A stretch of 64,000 nucleotides of DNA from Nitrospirota bacterium. Its GTDB lineage: Bacteria; Nitrospirota; Thermodesulfovibrionia; Thermodesulfovibrionales; JdFR-88. The stretch covers positions 7,549-71,548 of the forward strand of contig JAKAKS010000019.1 of NCBI GenBank assembly GCA_021813405.1. The letters are read 5' to 3'. The notes beneath the pieces are model-generated. The model searched no databases. It was not told the origin of the DNA and worked only from the letters and a program-made list of their open reading frames with translations. The position numbers and the translations under genes were made by a program. This document shows, in pieces, positions 1 to 10,036 of this stretch (position 1 is its first letter; each line of letters starts with the position of its first letter).

Positions 1-1599
1 CTTGCCGAGGATGAAAAGCCTGCCTTCGCGCGCCCTGTGGAGCGCCTCGGTGAGTATGGCCCTGTTTATGCCGGCTGTCTTTACGTCCATCTGAAAGGCC
101 GTTATGCCTTTTTCCGTGCCGGTGACCTTGAAGTCCATATCGCCCAGGTGGTCTTCCAGCCCCAGGATGTCCGTAAGTATAACCGGCTTGCCACTTTCAA
201 GTATAAGGCCCATGGCGATGCCTGCAACGGGAGCCTTTATGGGCACGCCGGCGTCCATAAGGGCCAGCGTTGCGGCGCATACCGTGGCCATGGAAGAGGA
301 CCCGTTAGATTCCAGTATATCGGAAACAACCCGGATCGTATATGGGAATTCTTCCTTGGACGGTATCATCGGCCTGATGCCGCGTTCCGCAAGCGCGCCA
401 TGCCCAATCTCTCTTCTGCCGGGGGCCCTGAGGAACTTTACCTCGCCCACGGAAAACGGAGGGAAATTGTAATGGAGCATGAACCTTTTGTAGCTTTCGC
501 CCTCAAGGGCGTCTATCTTCTGCTCGTCATCCGCCGTCCCAAGGGTTGCAACGGAAAGGGACTGGGTTTCACCCCTTACAAACAAGGCGGAACCGTGTGT
601 GCGGGGCAGAAGCCCCACCCTTGCCGTGATCTTTCTTATCTCGTCTGGCCTGCGTCCATCGGCCCTTCTGTTTTCGTTTATTATCATGTCCCGCACGAGG
701 TGCTTTTCAACCGAATAGAAGGCCCCGGCTATCTCCTTGGCCCTGTTTTTATCGGGGTCCGTGTTAAGGGCAGTGATTGCTTCGTCGCGAAGCCTGTCCA
801 GCGCGGCCTGCCTTACAAGTTTGTCCGGGATGACTATGCATTCCTTTACCTTGTCCAGTATCAGGTTGCGGACAGCCTGTTCCAAAGTGGGGTCTGTTTC
901 CTGAATAATCAGCTGCCTTTTGGGTTTGCCGATCTTTTCCCTAATCTCGTGCTGGAATTTGCATATCTTCTTGATCTCGGCGTGTGCCGTATCAATGGCC
1001 TCTATAAGCAGTTCCTCGGAAACCTCGTTTGCGCCGCCCTCCACCATAACGATGAAGTCTTCGGTGCCGGCCACGGCTATATTCAGGTCCAGGCCCTCGA
1101 TTTCGCTGAGGTCCGGATTGATTATGAGCTTCCCTTCCTTAAACCCGATCCTTACCGCCCCAACCGGCCCGTCAAAGGGGATGTCCGATATCATGAGGGC
1201 GCAGGACATTCCGGTTATGCTGAGCATGTCCGAGATGTTTTCGCTGCCAAAAGACAGCAGGGATGCTATCCCCTGGGTTTCAGAGAAGAAACCATCGGGG
1301 AAGAGCGGCCTTATGGGCCTGTCTATCAGCCTTGAGGTGAGGACTTCCTTTTCGGAGGGTTTGCCTTCACGCTTGAAAAAGCCGCCCGGTATCTTTCCGG
1401 CTGCGTAAGTCTTCTCCTGGTAGTCAACGGTAAGGGGGAAGAAGTCTACCCCCTCCTTAACCCTTTTTTCAGCTACAACGGTGGCAAGCACCATAGTGTC
1501 GCCAAACCTGACAACAACAGATCCATCAGCCTGTCTGGCCATCTCTCCGGTTTCAATAGTAAGCTTGCCCCGGCCGACTTCGGTCTCAAAAGTGTGCAT
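1..1599 (-). CDS. pnp: Polynucleotide phosphorylase (PNPase), first 533 codons; gene continues past the window start
   Basis: Own translation of the minus strand from ATG 1599-1597: MHTFETEVGRGKLTIETGEMARQADGSVVVRFGDTMVLATVV...FFPLTVDYQEKTYAAGKIPGGFFKREGKPSEKE. Frame stays open to position 1. Sits downstream of rpsO, the usual arrangement. Absent from the ORF track because it has no stop inside the window. Confidence 0.95.
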   Translation of the reverse strand, partial: MHTFETEVGRGKLTIETGEMARQADGSVVVRFGDTMVLATVVAEKRVKEGVDFFPLTVDYQEKTYAAGKIPGGFFKREGKPSEKEVLTSRLIDRPIRPLFPDGFFSETQGIASLLSFGSENISDMLSITGMSCALMISDIPFDGPVGAVRIGFKEGKLIINPDLSEIEGLDLNIAVAGTEDFIVMVEGGANEVSEELLIEAIDTAHAEIKKICKFQHEIREKIGKPKRQLIIQETDPTLEQAVRNLILDKVKECIVIPDKLVRQAALDRLRDEAITALNTDPDKNRAKEIAGAFYSVEKHLVRDMIINENRRADGRRPDEIRKITARVGLLPRTHGSALFVRGETQSLSVATLGTADDEQKIDALEGESYKRFMLHYNFPPFSVGEVKFLRAPGRREIGHGALAERGIRPMIPSKEEFPYTIRVVSDILESNGSSSMATVCAATLALMDAGVPIKAPVAGIAMGLILESGKPVILTDILGLEDHLGDMDFKVTGTEKGITAFQMDVKTAGINRAILTEALHRAREGRLFILGK

Positions 1600-1613
1600 T
1601 TCGGTTACCTGTT

Positions 1614-1883
1614 TTACTTGCGGAGGCCGAGCCGTTCGACGACTTTCTCGTATCTCGGCTTGTTGCCGGACTTGAGATAATCCAGAAGCTTCCTGCGCTG
1701 GCCAACCAGCTTCAGCAGGCCCCTTCTGGAATGGTGGTCCTTAGCGTGGGTCTTGAAGTGCTCCGTGAGATAAGTGATCCTTTCACTAAGGAGCGCTATC
1801 TGGACCTCGGCCGAACCAGTATCTTTTTCGTGTGACTTGTATTGACCGATTATCTCTTGCTTCTTTTCCTTCCCAAGTGCCAT
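1614..1883 (-). CDS. rpsO: 30S ribosomal protein S15
   Basis: [70 protein letters not shown] is typical S15 at 89 aa. I prefer the MALG start over the track start at 1901. Confidence 0.95.
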   Translation of the reverse strand: MALGKEKKQEIIGQYKSHEKDTGSAEVQIALLSERITYLTEHFKTHAKDHHSRRGLLKLVGQRRKLLDYLKSGNKPRYEKVVERLGLRK

Positions 1884-2062
1884 CTGTGACTCCTTCCGCA
1901 CTCCTTTCTTTTTTCTTTCATTTTCTCAGATGTGATAGGATAACACAAACCTGTCAATGCTGCAAACATCCATTTTAAAACGCTTTTTCACATTGACAGC
2001 GCAAAGGGGCGGGGCTTAGAATACAAGCACGCGGGTTTTCCTGTTTTTTCCCGGTCGTTTTC

Positions 2063-2136
2063 GCGCCCATAGCTCAGCTGGATAGAGCGTCGGACTACGA
2101 ATCCGCAGGTCGGGGGTTCGAATCCCTCTGGGCGCG
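2063..2136 (+). tRNA. tRNA-Arg (anticodon ACG), no encoded CCA
   Basis: Cloverleaf read by hand: acceptor GCGCCCA/TGGGCGC, D arm GCTC-AGCTGGATA-GAGC, anticodon loop CTACGAA, T arm GGGGG-TTCGAAT-CCCTC. One U-C mismatch at the base of the anticodon stem. Confidence 0.9.
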
Positions 2137-2522
2137 CTTTAATTCCTGCCTGTTTCTCCCCTTGATTTGCACGCGTTTCAAATCCCCTTTTTTATATGTT
2201 CAGTGCGAAATTTGCAAACTGTTGATTTGAAAGCTTTTTTAAGATTTTTCTGTTCAACTGTTCAAATGGACCCACCCGAGTAAGTTTCTTTTAACTTGCT
2301 GTTCACTAAGCGCAAGGTCTCTTCTAACCCCTCCTCCTTGAGGGGGGAGGCTGGGGAAGGGTGGAAATAATCACCCTTCCCTTACTCGCTATACCGTAAC
2401 CTGGCGCTGCATGACATCGTCAAGGGGCGCGATGTCATATTCTTCATGCCCGCTTTGTCCGGCCCCGGAGTTATTTCAGGGCGGCTGTATAAGTATCCAA
2501 AAAATACGAGATCACCTTTTAA

Positions 2523-2554
2523 TAAAAAAGCGGAAGGTCAAAACGGCCTTCCGC
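2523..2554 (-). terminator. Probable Rho-independent terminator of hcp
   Basis: Just after the hcp stop, the minus strand reads GCGGAAGG-CCGTTTTGA-CCTTCCGC followed by TTTTTTATT. Confidence 0.5.
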
Positions 2555-2580
2555 AAAATGAGCGCCTCTGGATCCGGTCT

Positions 2581-4251
2581 TTACGCCGCCGCTTCGGCCC
2601 CGTTGCAGCAGTCCTCGCCAAGGATCGCCTTCAGGTCCTCTTCAGCGGTTGCGGCAATGGGCTTTATGTCAAAGTTCTTCACCAGCACGTCCAGAACGTT
2701 TGGCGTGATGAACGCGGGCAGTGTCGGCCCGAGGCGAATGTCCTTTATCCCCAAGTAAAGAAGCGTAAGCAGTATGGCCACGGCCTTCTGCTCGTACCAG
2801 GACAGAATCAGCGAAAGCGGCAGTTCGTTTACGCCCACGTTGAATGCCTTGGAGAGGGCCAGGGCTATCTGGATGGCGGAGTAGGCGTCATTGCACTGGC
2901 CAATGTCCAGCAGCCTGGGTATGCCGCCGATGTCGCCAAGCTCCTTGTCGAAGAACCGGAATTTCCCGCAGGCCAGGGTCAGAATAACAGTGTCCTTCGG
3001 GGCTTTCTCCACAAAGTCCTCGTAATAACCCCTCTTTGGCTTTGCCCCGTCGCAGCCGCCCACCAGGAAGAAATGCCTTATCTGTTTTCCTTTAACCGCC
3101 TCGATCACCTTGTCTGCCACGCCCAGCACTGCATTTCTGGCAAACCCGGTGATCACCTCTTTGCCCTGCCTGTCCGCCGTGAAACCGGGCAGATCAAGGG
3201 CTTTCTGGATTGCGGGGCCAAAATCGCGCCCGTCTATATGCTTTATGCCCGGCCAGCCCACAAGCCCGCAGGTAAAGATGTTAGCCGCATAGGAATCAAG
3301 CGGCTTCTGGATGCAGTTTGTGGTCATGATTATCGCGCCGGGGAATTCGGCGAATTCCTTCTGCTGGTTCTGCCAGGCGGTCCCGTAATGGCCGTAAAAG
3401 TGACCGTACTTCTTCAGCCCCGGATATCCGTGAGCCGGGAGCATTTCGCCATGGGTATAAACGTTAATGCCTTTTCCGGCGGTCTGCTTGAGGATCTCCT
3501 CCAGGTCCTTCAGGTCATGCCCGGACACAAGTATGGCCTTCCCCTGCCTGGCCCCAAGGGGTACTTTTGTGGGCACGGGATGGCCGTACGTGCCGGTATT
3601 TGCCGCGTCTAGCAGTTCCATTGCCTTAAAATTTGCCTCGCCGCATTTCATGGCCAGGCCTATCCAGTCGTTTACGCCAAGATCCGTATGCGTCATTGCC
3701 GCCAGGGCCTCATACATCAAGGTATAGACGGCGTTGTCCTGCTGCCCCAGAATCGCGGCATGGTCGGCGTAAGCGGCCACGCCCTTCAAGCCAAAGAGCA
3801 CGATGTCCTGAAGGGACTGAATGTCCGGGTTAAGGCACCTGTCCGGCACGTGTTCCCTTACCTGTTTACCCTGCATTATAAGGCCGTCCATATCGGCGGC
3901 CGGGGTAAACGAGGCGCTCTTGTCCGGAAAATCCGTATTGCCGCCCGCAGCTGCTATCTTGTTGCGCAGGTCTTCACGGAACTCAACGGTTTTGCTGATG
4001 AGCGCGGGAAAGCGGTCCGCATCAAAATCAACATTGGTGAGCGTTGAAAAAAGCGCCTTTGCGGCAAACGGGCCGATGGCGGCATCGGCTATCCCCGCCT
4101 TCCCGGCCTCAACGGCGTAAAGAGAAAGCCCTTTAAGTGCGTATATTAAAAGGTCCTGAAGCGCCGCAACCTCCGAATCCTTCCCGCAAACCCCCACTTT
4201 CCTGGTGCACCCCTTGCCTTGTGCCGCCTGTTCACACTGGTAACAAAACAC
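2581..4251 (-). CDS. hcp: Hybrid-cluster protein / hydroxylamine reductase
   Basis: N-terminal MFCYQCEQAAQGKGCTRKVGVCGK cysteine motif and 556 aa length, typical of Hcp. Confidence 0.9.
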   Translation of the reverse strand: MFCYQCEQAAQGKGCTRKVGVCGKDSEVAALQDLLIYALKGLSLYAVEAGKAGIADAAIGPFAAKALFSTLTNVDFDADRFPALISKTVEFREDLRNKIAAAGGNTDFPDKSASFTPAADMDGLIMQGKQVREHVPDRCLNPDIQSLQDIVLFGLKGVAAYADHAAILGQQDNAVYTLMYEALAAMTHTDLGVNDWIGLAMKCGEANFKAMELLDAANTGTYGHPVPTKVPLGARQGKAILVSGHDLKDLEEILKQTAGKGINVYTHGEMLPAHGYPGLKKYGHFYGHYGTAWQNQQKEFAEFPGAIIMTTNCIQKPLDSYAANIFTCGLVGWPGIKHIDGRDFGPAIQKALDLPGFTADRQGKEVITGFARNAVLGVADKVIEAVKGKQIRHFFLVGGCDGAKPKRGYYEDFVEKAPKDTVILTLACGKFRFFDKELGDIGGIPRLLDIGQCNDAYSAIQIALALSKAFNVGVNELPLSLILSWYEQKAVAILLTLLYLGIKDIRLGPTLPAFITPNVLDVLVKNFDIKPIAATAEEDLKAILGEDCCNGAEAAA

Positions 4252-4319
4252 GATAACAACCTCCTTGGAGTTTTTTTGTAATCCGAGATTAAAGTTTAAA
4301 TTTTAGTTTCAGGCGGGGC

Positions 4320-4335
4320 TATGATATTCGTCATA
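4320..4335. promoter_or_regulatory. Candidate CRP/FNR-type (HcpR-like) operator upstream of hcp
   Basis: Palindrome TATGA-N6-TCATA, 69-84 nt upstream of the hcp ATG. Same 5-6-5 geometry as TGTGA-N6-TCACA sites. Confidence 0.3.
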
Positions 4336-4362
4336 CGGAACCTGTTTCATAAAAATTAGGTT

Positions 4363-4749
4363 CTAAAAATGGCCGCCGGCAAGGCTGAAGACGAGAATTG
4401 AAAGGACGATGATTGTCAGCGCTACGTACAAGCGGTCCCGCTGGGCCGCAAAGGCGGCTATGCTGAATGCCACGCGCGAAACCGGGGTTGCTATCAAAAG
4501 AATAAGGCCAAGCTGTATAACCCCCTTGCTGTGCATTGCCAGGGCGTCTCTGGCAATGCCGCTTATGTCCCGCAGGTCCGCAGGCTCCCCGGAAAAAACC
4601 TTATAGTTTGGCCTCTGCGCGCCGTAGTGCGCCAGATAAAAGACCCCGCCAGCCAGAACGATAACCGCCGCGGCAAGCACCCCCGCCCGGAGCAGGTTGC
4701 CTATCACCACTTCTATCTGCCTGTCTGTAAGAGGCGGCTTTCCGGACAT
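4363..4749 (-). CDS. DUF1634-like small membrane protein (usual partner of TauE/DUF81 permeases)
   Basis: 128 aa with 3-4 hydrophobic helices. Its start shares 1 nt with the stop of the upstream TauE gene. Confidence 0.6.
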   Translation of the reverse strand: MSGKPPLTDRQIEVVIGNLLRAGVLAAAVIVLAGGVFYLAHYGAQRPNYKVFSGEPADLRDISGIARDALAMHSKGVIQLGLILLIATPVSRVAFSIAAFAAQRDRLYVALTIIVLSILVFSLAGGHF

Positions 4750-5585
4750 CAGAGCTTACCAGTTATCCCTCTGTAAATCATCTCCACCGCAAGCAGCAGG
4801 ATGGTTACGCTGAATACCATTCTTAGCGATGCGGGCCGGGCCTTTACGAGGGCCATGCTGCCTGCAAAAGAGCCCATCAAAACCCCCAGCATAACGGGCA
4901 TGGCCAAACCCGGGTCTATGTACCCGCGGTCCAGATATATCCCGGCGCTTGCCGCGGCGGTCACCCCGATCATGAAATTGCTGGTGGTAGTGGAAACCTT
5001 GAACGGAATGCGCATTGCCCTGTCCATGGCCAGCACCTTCATAACGCCGGAACCTATGCCAAGGAGGCCCGAAATAGTGCCCGCCCCGAACATCATGACG
5101 AACCCGGTGGGTATCGAGTGCACATAGTAATCCCTTATGCCTTCCCCGGTGGGGTAGCTGGAATCAACCCGCAAAAGCCCGGCCAGCTTGTCCGGATGGG
5201 TTGCCGCCGGGGTCGGATGTGGCGGCCGCACCGACACTATTGATGAATAGACGAGAATTATTCCGAACACTATGGCAATGGTTGACGTGGGCATCGTTGT
5301 GGCAAGAAAAGCACCAAATAGCGCGCCAAGAGTTGTGGCTATCTCCAGGAACATACCTATCCGTATATTGCTGTATCCCTCTTTGACATAAGCTGATGCC
5401 GCCCCCGAGGAAGTGGCGATTACCGACACCAGCGACGCTCCTATTGCATAGCGAATGTTAACCCCGAACCCCAGGGCCAGCAGGGGGACTATTATTACGC
5501 CACCGCCAAGCCCGGTAAGGGCGCCGAAAAAACCCGCCGCAACGGAACCAAGCCACAATAATAATGTGAAAAGAAGATTGTCCAT
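4749..5585 (-). CDS. TauE/SafE (DUF81) family anion exporter
   Basis: 278 aa polytopic protein with Gly-rich helices (GALTGLGGGVIIVPLL, GLLGIGSGVMKV), typical of DUF81. Confidence 0.8.
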   Translation of the reverse strand: MDNLLFTLLLWLGSVAAGFFGALTGLGGGVIIVPLLALGFGVNIRYAIGASLVSVIATSSGAASAYVKEGYSNIRIGMFLEIATTLGALFGAFLATTMPTSTIAIVFGIILVYSSIVSVRPPHPTPAATHPDKLAGLLRVDSSYPTGEGIRDYYVHSIPTGFVMMFGAGTISGLLGIGSGVMKVLAMDRAMRIPFKVSTTTSNFMIGVTAAASAGIYLDRGYIDPGLAMPVMLGVLMGSFAGSMALVKARPASLRMVFSVTILLLAVEMIYRGITGKL

Positions 5586-5673
5586 TCGATTCCCGGGCAG
5601 CGCCAGATAACAAATCCATTATCAGTAAACGCCGGGGCTGTCAAGGCGGCGTTTGATTTTGTGCTGAATTGCC

Positions 5674-6012
5674 ATGCTACTATTAATTGTGCCTGGGAAG
5701 AGGCAGTTCCAGAGGTTCATTGTAAAACTGCCGGCAAAGGTCAGCGCCGGGGACAGATCGATAACGGGCATAACCGTCCGGGTCTCCCGGAAAGGGTTTT
5801 TCGTCCGCGCCCAGAACTGCTTTAGCGCGGGGACCCCGGTTATAATCGACCTCTCGCTGTCCGATACGGATATCTGCCAGCTTAAGGGGGCGGTGAAATA
5901 CGTCCGCCATTATGACCTGCTGCCGCGGCTAAACGGAATGGGTATCGAGCTTTCGGGGGAATTCCCCCGGTATGCCGAGTTGATAATGGCTATTGAGAAG
6001 GAGCGCGGCTAG
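5674..6012 (+). CDS. PilZ-domain protein
   Basis: 112 aa. The KRQFQRF...SRKGFFV... pattern resembles the RxxxR / D-x-S-x-x-G PilZ layout. Confidence 0.55.
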   Translation: MLLLIVPGKRQFQRFIVKLPAKVSAGDRSITGITVRVSRKGFFVRAQNCFSAGTPVIIDLSLSDTDICQLKGAVKYVRHYDLLPRLNGMGIELSGEFPRYAELIMAIEKERG

Positions 6013-6506
6013 ACAATCTCCTCAATGGCCTCAAGGGCCGCCTTGCGCACAAGCGGGTGCGGACTGCCTGAAGCGTACCTCAGCATCCGGAGCGCCTCCG
6101 CACCGCCGATGATTGAAAGTATGTAAACCGCATCTGCCTGGACAGTGGGCTCCGGATTTTCAATTGTGGGCTGAAAAAGCGACGCCGTGGCCCGGATATC
6201 CGGTCTCATCTCGTCTATAAGCGATTCCACAAGCGCGGCCGCCCCGATGCGTACTCTGGGCCGGTGGTCCGCAGCCAGCACGGGGATGAGTTTGAGTGCG
6301 GACTTGTCGGCCCTCATAAGGGCCACAATGTTTTCCAGGTAGCCGGCCTCCATGTAATCTGCCACCATCCTCTTGAAATCCTCGGCGGTTTGGCCATTGG
6401 ATAAGTCATTAGGCAAGCCGGTAGATAACGGCACGGCCGATTGGCCGCCGGGCCCTGGCTCCGGAGTATGGTTTGGGTTATCAGCCATACAGTTTCTATG
6501 ATACAC
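6009..6506 (-). CDS. HEAT-repeat protein
   Basis: C-terminal repeats ([11 protein letters not shown]..., [21 protein letters not shown]..., [13 protein letters not shown]) look like PBS-lyase HEAT-like repeats. Start uncertain (6506 or 6488). Confidence 0.5.
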   Translation of the reverse strand: MYHRNCMADNPNHTPEPGPGGQSAVPLSTGLPNDLSNGQTAEDFKRMVADYMEAGYLENIVALMRADKSALKLIPVLAADHRPRVRIGAAALVESLIDEMRPDIRATASLFQPTIENPEPTVQADAVYILSIIGGAEALRMLRYASGSPHPLVRKAALEAIEEIV

Positions 6507-6554
6507 CCGGTTTTGTTAAATTATATAATGAGTTTTTCCGCCGGATCCTTACGC

Positions 6555-8675
6555 ATGGAATTGTCCAGGGACTTCCGGGCGGTGTTCGATAAGGACCCGG
6601 CGGCGAAATCCAGGCTGCAGGTGATCCTGACTTATCCTGGGTTTCACGCCATAGTGATGCACCGGATAGCCCACAAGCTTTGGGGCAAGGGGTTCAGGTG
6701 CCTGCCCCGGTTTCTGGCCGCGTGGAACAGGGGGCTTACCGGCATAGAGATACACCCGGCCGCAAAAATAGGCGCGGGGTTCTTCATAGACCACGGCATG
6801 GGCGTGGTAATAGGCGAAACCTCGGAGATCGGGGAGGACTGCCTTCTCTACCAGGGTGTTACGCTGGGGGGCACCGGCAAGGAGACCGGCAAAAGGCATC
6901 CCACACTTGGCAGGGGCGTTGTGGTGGGGGCCGGGGCCAAGGTGCTCGGCCCGATACGGATTGGCGATTACTCGAAGATAGGGGCCAATTCGGTGGTGCT
7001 GAAACCCGTGCCGGACCATTCGATAGTGGTTGGCGTGCCCGGCAGGATTATAAAGAAGAGGGTTTACAGGATATACGAGGAAGGGCCGCGCGAGGTGCTG
7101 GACCATGTGCACATGCCGGACCCTTATGAGGAACGGTTCCAGGCGCTTGAGGCCAAACTGGCCGCCCTGGAAGACAAAGGAAAAACAAAGGCCCGGGGAG
7201 GGGAAGAAAAGACAGCCTTGAAGATATACAACACTCAGACAGCCAGCAAGGAAACATTCACGCCGCTTGTGCCGGGCAGGGTGGGCATGTACGTATGCGG
7301 GGTTACCGTGTATGACGTTTGCCATATAGGACATGCCAGAAGCGCCGTTGTGTTCGATGTTATCAGGCGCTATATGCAAAGCCGGGGTTTTGAAGTGAAG
7401 TTTGTAAAGAACTTCACGGACATAGACGACAAGATAATAAGCCGCGCCCGGAAGGAAAACATCTCATGGGACGAGGTGGCCCGCAAATATACTGAAAAAT
7501 ATTATGAGGACATGCATAAACTTGGCGTGCGGGACGCAGACGTGGAGCCGCGCGCAACCGGGCATATCAAAGAAATAATCGAAATAGTAAAAGGCCTTGT
7601 GGACAAGGGCCGCGCCTACGTTGTGGACGGGGACGTTTATTTCAGTGTTGAAAATTTCAGCGGCTACGGCAAGCTCTCCGGCAGGAAACTGGATGACATG
7701 ATGGCCGGGGCCAGGGTGGAAGTGGACGAGCGCAAAAAAAACCCCATGGACTTTGCACTCTGGAAATCTTCCAAGCCTGGCGAGCCCGCATGGGACAGCC
7801 CCTGGGGGCCGGGCCGGCCTGGCTGGCACATAGAATGCTCCGCTATGAGCCTGAAACACTTGGGCGAAACCTTCGACATTCACGCGGGCGGGGCGGACCT
7901 GATATTCCCGCACCATGAAAACGAGCTGGCCCAGTCCGAGTCCTACACGGGCAAGCAGTTTGTGCGCTACTGGATACATAACGGCTTTATTACCGTGGAC
8001 AAGGAAAAGATGTCCAAGAGCCTCGGCAATTTCTTCACCATCGAAGAGGTGCTTGGGAAATTCGATCCGGAGACCGTCAGATTATTTTTGCTTCAAACAC
8101 ATTACAGAAGCCCTATAGAGTTTTCAAATGAACCCATTGAGGAGGCCGAGCGCTCCCTGGAGCGGTTTTACCAGACTATTGAACGGGTGGATGAGTTTCT
8201 TGCCAAGCCGGAGCAGGCGGGCGCGGAAAAAGAAAGCGGCTTGAAAGAAAGCGTATCTTCCTTCAGGGTGAAATTCGGCGAGGCGATGGATGACGACTTT
8301 AATACCGCCCTTGCCATAGGGCATGTATTCGAGCTGGTGAAAGAGATAAACCGGTTTCTGGATTCAAAGCCCCCCAGAAATGCCGCCAATGCGGAACTGG
8401 CTGAAGACGCCAAAAAGGCCATAGCCGAATCGGCTTTGGTGCTGAATGCCTTTAACAGGACTCCCGAAGAGTGGACCAGGGCGATGCTGAAGACAAAAAA
8501 AATAGAGGCCACCGAACCTGAAATTGAGCAGCTTATAGAGGAGAGGGAAAAAGCCCGCGACTCCAAAGACTGGGCCCGCGCGGACGCAATACGCGCCCAG
8601 CTGGAAAAATCGGGAATCCTGCTTGAGGACAAAAAAGACGGCGAAAAAAAGACCGTGTGGCGTGTGAAGGTTTAG
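6555..8675 (+). CDS. cysE-cysS: Serine O-acetyltransferase fused in frame to cysteinyl-tRNA synthetase (single ORF, no stop between the two)
   Basis: The N-terminal ~200 aa form a hexapeptide-repeat SAT ([27 protein letters not shown]...[27 protein letters not shown]). After a charged linker, [42 protein letters not shown] plus KMSKS form a full CysRS. An alternative upstream start is at 6528. TTG at 7218 could be an internal CysS start. Confidence 0.85.
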   Translation: MELSRDFRAVFDKDPAAKSRLQVILTYPGFHAIVMHRIAHKLWGKGFRCLPRFLAAWNRGLTGIEIHPAAKIGAGFFIDHGMGVVIGETSEIGEDCLLYQGVTLGGTGKETGKRHPTLGRGVVVGAGAKVLGPIRIGDYSKIGANSVVLKPVPDHSIVVGVPGRIIKKRVYRIYEEGPREVLDHVHMPDPYEERFQALEAKLAALEDKGKTKARGGEEKTALKIYNTQTASKETFTPLVPGRVGMYVCGVTVYDVCHIGHARSAVVFDVIRRYMQSRGFEVKFVKNFTDIDDKIISRARKENISWDEVARKYTEKYYEDMHKLGVRDADVEPRATGHIKEIIEIVKGLVDKGRAYVVDGDVYFSVENFSGYGKLSGRKLDDMMAGARVEVDERKKNPMDFALWKSSKPGEPAWDSPWGPGRPGWHIECSAMSLKHLGETFDIHAGGADLIFPHHENELAQSESYTGKQFVRYWIHNGFITVDKEKMSKSLGNFFTIEEVLGKFDPETVRLFLLQTHYRSPIEFSNEPIEEAERSLERFYQTIERVDEFLAKPEQAGAEKESGLKESVSSFRVKFGEAMDDDFNTALAIGHVFELVKEINRFLDSKPPRNAANAELAEDAKKAIAESALVLNAFNRTPEEWTRAMLKTKKIEATEPEIEQLIEEREKARDSKDWARADAIRAQLEKSGILLEDKKDGEKKTVWRVKV

Positions 8676-8940
8676 CCGGCCATTCCCGTGCAGGCGGGAA
8701 TCGGCCGGTTAAGCAGATGTGCGCGGCGTTCGCCGGCAGCCCTAATCCCCATTTTCGAATTTCGCTTTGTTTTGCGGGCGGGGTTAGTCTCCACTAGGGC
8801 GCGGTCTCTCACTATCAGGTTCACCGCAGTGCCATGCGCGGCTCACATGAATACGGCAAAAGGCCGCCGCCACGAAGCAAAAAATTCCGTGAGAACATGG
8901 GAAGCTATTTTTGCGGTCCGGGTTGAAATGAAAAAACTTT

Positions 8941-10023
8941 CTATTTCGGGAACCTCAACCCCGGGAAGGCCTGTTCCAGAAACCGGCAAAACTCTTTTCT
9001 TCTGGTTTCCCAGTTAAACCCGCGCGCGTACTCCAGGCAATTGGAAGACAATTTCGCGTAATGCTCCTTATCCTTGAATAAAGTGACTATCTTTGCCGCC
9101 GCGTCTTCTTCGGATTTGGCCAGAAGCCCTGTAATGCCGTCCTTTATGGAATCCCTTAGCCCGTGCACATCATAGCCCACTGCCGGTGTGCCCTGGGAGG
9201 CCGCCTCGATCACGTTAATCCCAAAACCCTCCCTCACCGATGGCACTATAAGGACATGCGCCCGGCCAAGCCTGTCAAATTTTTCGTCTTCGCTGAGCCA
9301 GCCAAGAAAGCTGACGTCCCCAACGCCCGATGCAAGCAGCTTCAGCTCATGCTCCATGCCGCCGGAGCCTATCATCCATAACTGCGCGTGCGGCACCTCT
9401 TTTTTTACCCTGGCAAATATCCTTATGGCATGGTCCGGCCTTTTTGTGGACCTGAACCTGCCCAGGAAGACCAGCGCGGGCCGGGCTTCTTTTGCGGGGA
9501 TTGTATCCGGCGGCTTTATATTCAGCGCATTCATCACTATGCGGACGTTTTTGAAGCCTAGCTTTTCAAGGTCCGCCCTGGTGGACTGGGAGACGGTGAC
9601 AACAGGCCGCCGCCTGTAAAGACAGAGGGCGAAAGGCTCCAGTACATACGGCAGCACGCCTGCCGGGCCGAGTTCCTTAAACCAGAACTGCCGGTACATC
9701 TGATGAATAAGGAGGGCGGATTTGGGCAGGAGGAAGCAGAAAAAACCCATGCCGTTGAACTCGTCTATTATCACGTTGTAAAAGGCCCTTTTTTTTACCG
9801 CGTGCGCAAACCCGATGAAATGCACGGTAAACTCGTTGCCGCGCCTCAGGTATTCCACGCCGTCTATCAGCCTGCGTGGCTCGCACCCCCTGAAGCCGCT
9901 TGCCAGCACTGTAACCTGGCAGCCCCTTTCGGTGAGGCCCCTGGCAATCTCATGCGTGTAAACCTCCGCCCCCCCGGCGGCAGGGTTGGCGGGGTCCCTT
10001 CTGTTAAGGATAAGCACTTTCAT
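8941..10023 (-). CDS. Glycosyltransferase family 4 (GT-B, GT1 domain)
   Basis: MKVLILNRRDPANPAAGGAEVYTHEIARGL... with the C-terminal EGFGINVIEAASQGTPAVG motif. Start moved to ATG 10023. Confidence 0.8.
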   Translation of the reverse strand: MKVLILNRRDPANPAAGGAEVYTHEIARGLTERGCQVTVLASGFRGCEPRRLIDGVEYLRRGNEFTVHFIGFAHAVKKRAFYNVIIDEFNGMGFFCFLLPKSALLIHQMYRQFWFKELGPAGVLPYVLEPFALCLYRRRPVVTVSQSTRADLEKLGFKNVRIVMNALNIKPPDTIPAKEARPALVFLGRFRSTKRPDHAIRIFARVKKEVPHAQLWMIGSGGMEHELKLLASGVGDVSFLGWLSEDEKFDRLGRAHVLIVPSVREGFGINVIEAASQGTPAVGYDVHGLRDSIKDGITGLLAKSEEDAAAKIVTLFKDKEHYAKLSSNCLEYARGFNWETRRKEFCRFLEQAFPGLRFPK

Positions 10024-10036
10024 TTGTAACCGGTAA

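Noticed and set aside
37-1335. 432-aa plus-strand ORF (and 104-472, 920-1408)
   Set aside because: It lies antisense to an unambiguous PNPase reading frame. The sequence is low-complexity and Gly/Arg/Pro/Tyr-rich, typical of a shadow ORF in GC-rich coding DNA.
2446-3612. 388-aa plus-strand ORF opposite hcp
   Set aside because: Shadow ORF of the clearly recognisable hybrid-cluster protein gene, with no motifs.
6441-6554. N-terminal extension of the cysE-cysS ORF to 6441
   Set aside because: It would overlap the start region of the divergent HEAT gene. The SAT homology begins near [18 protein letters not shown], so an ATG at 6528 or 6555 is more plausible.
6549-7379. 276-aa minus-strand ORF
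   Set aside because: Antisense to the CysE part of the cysE-cysS ORF, with His/Pro/Arg-rich composition.
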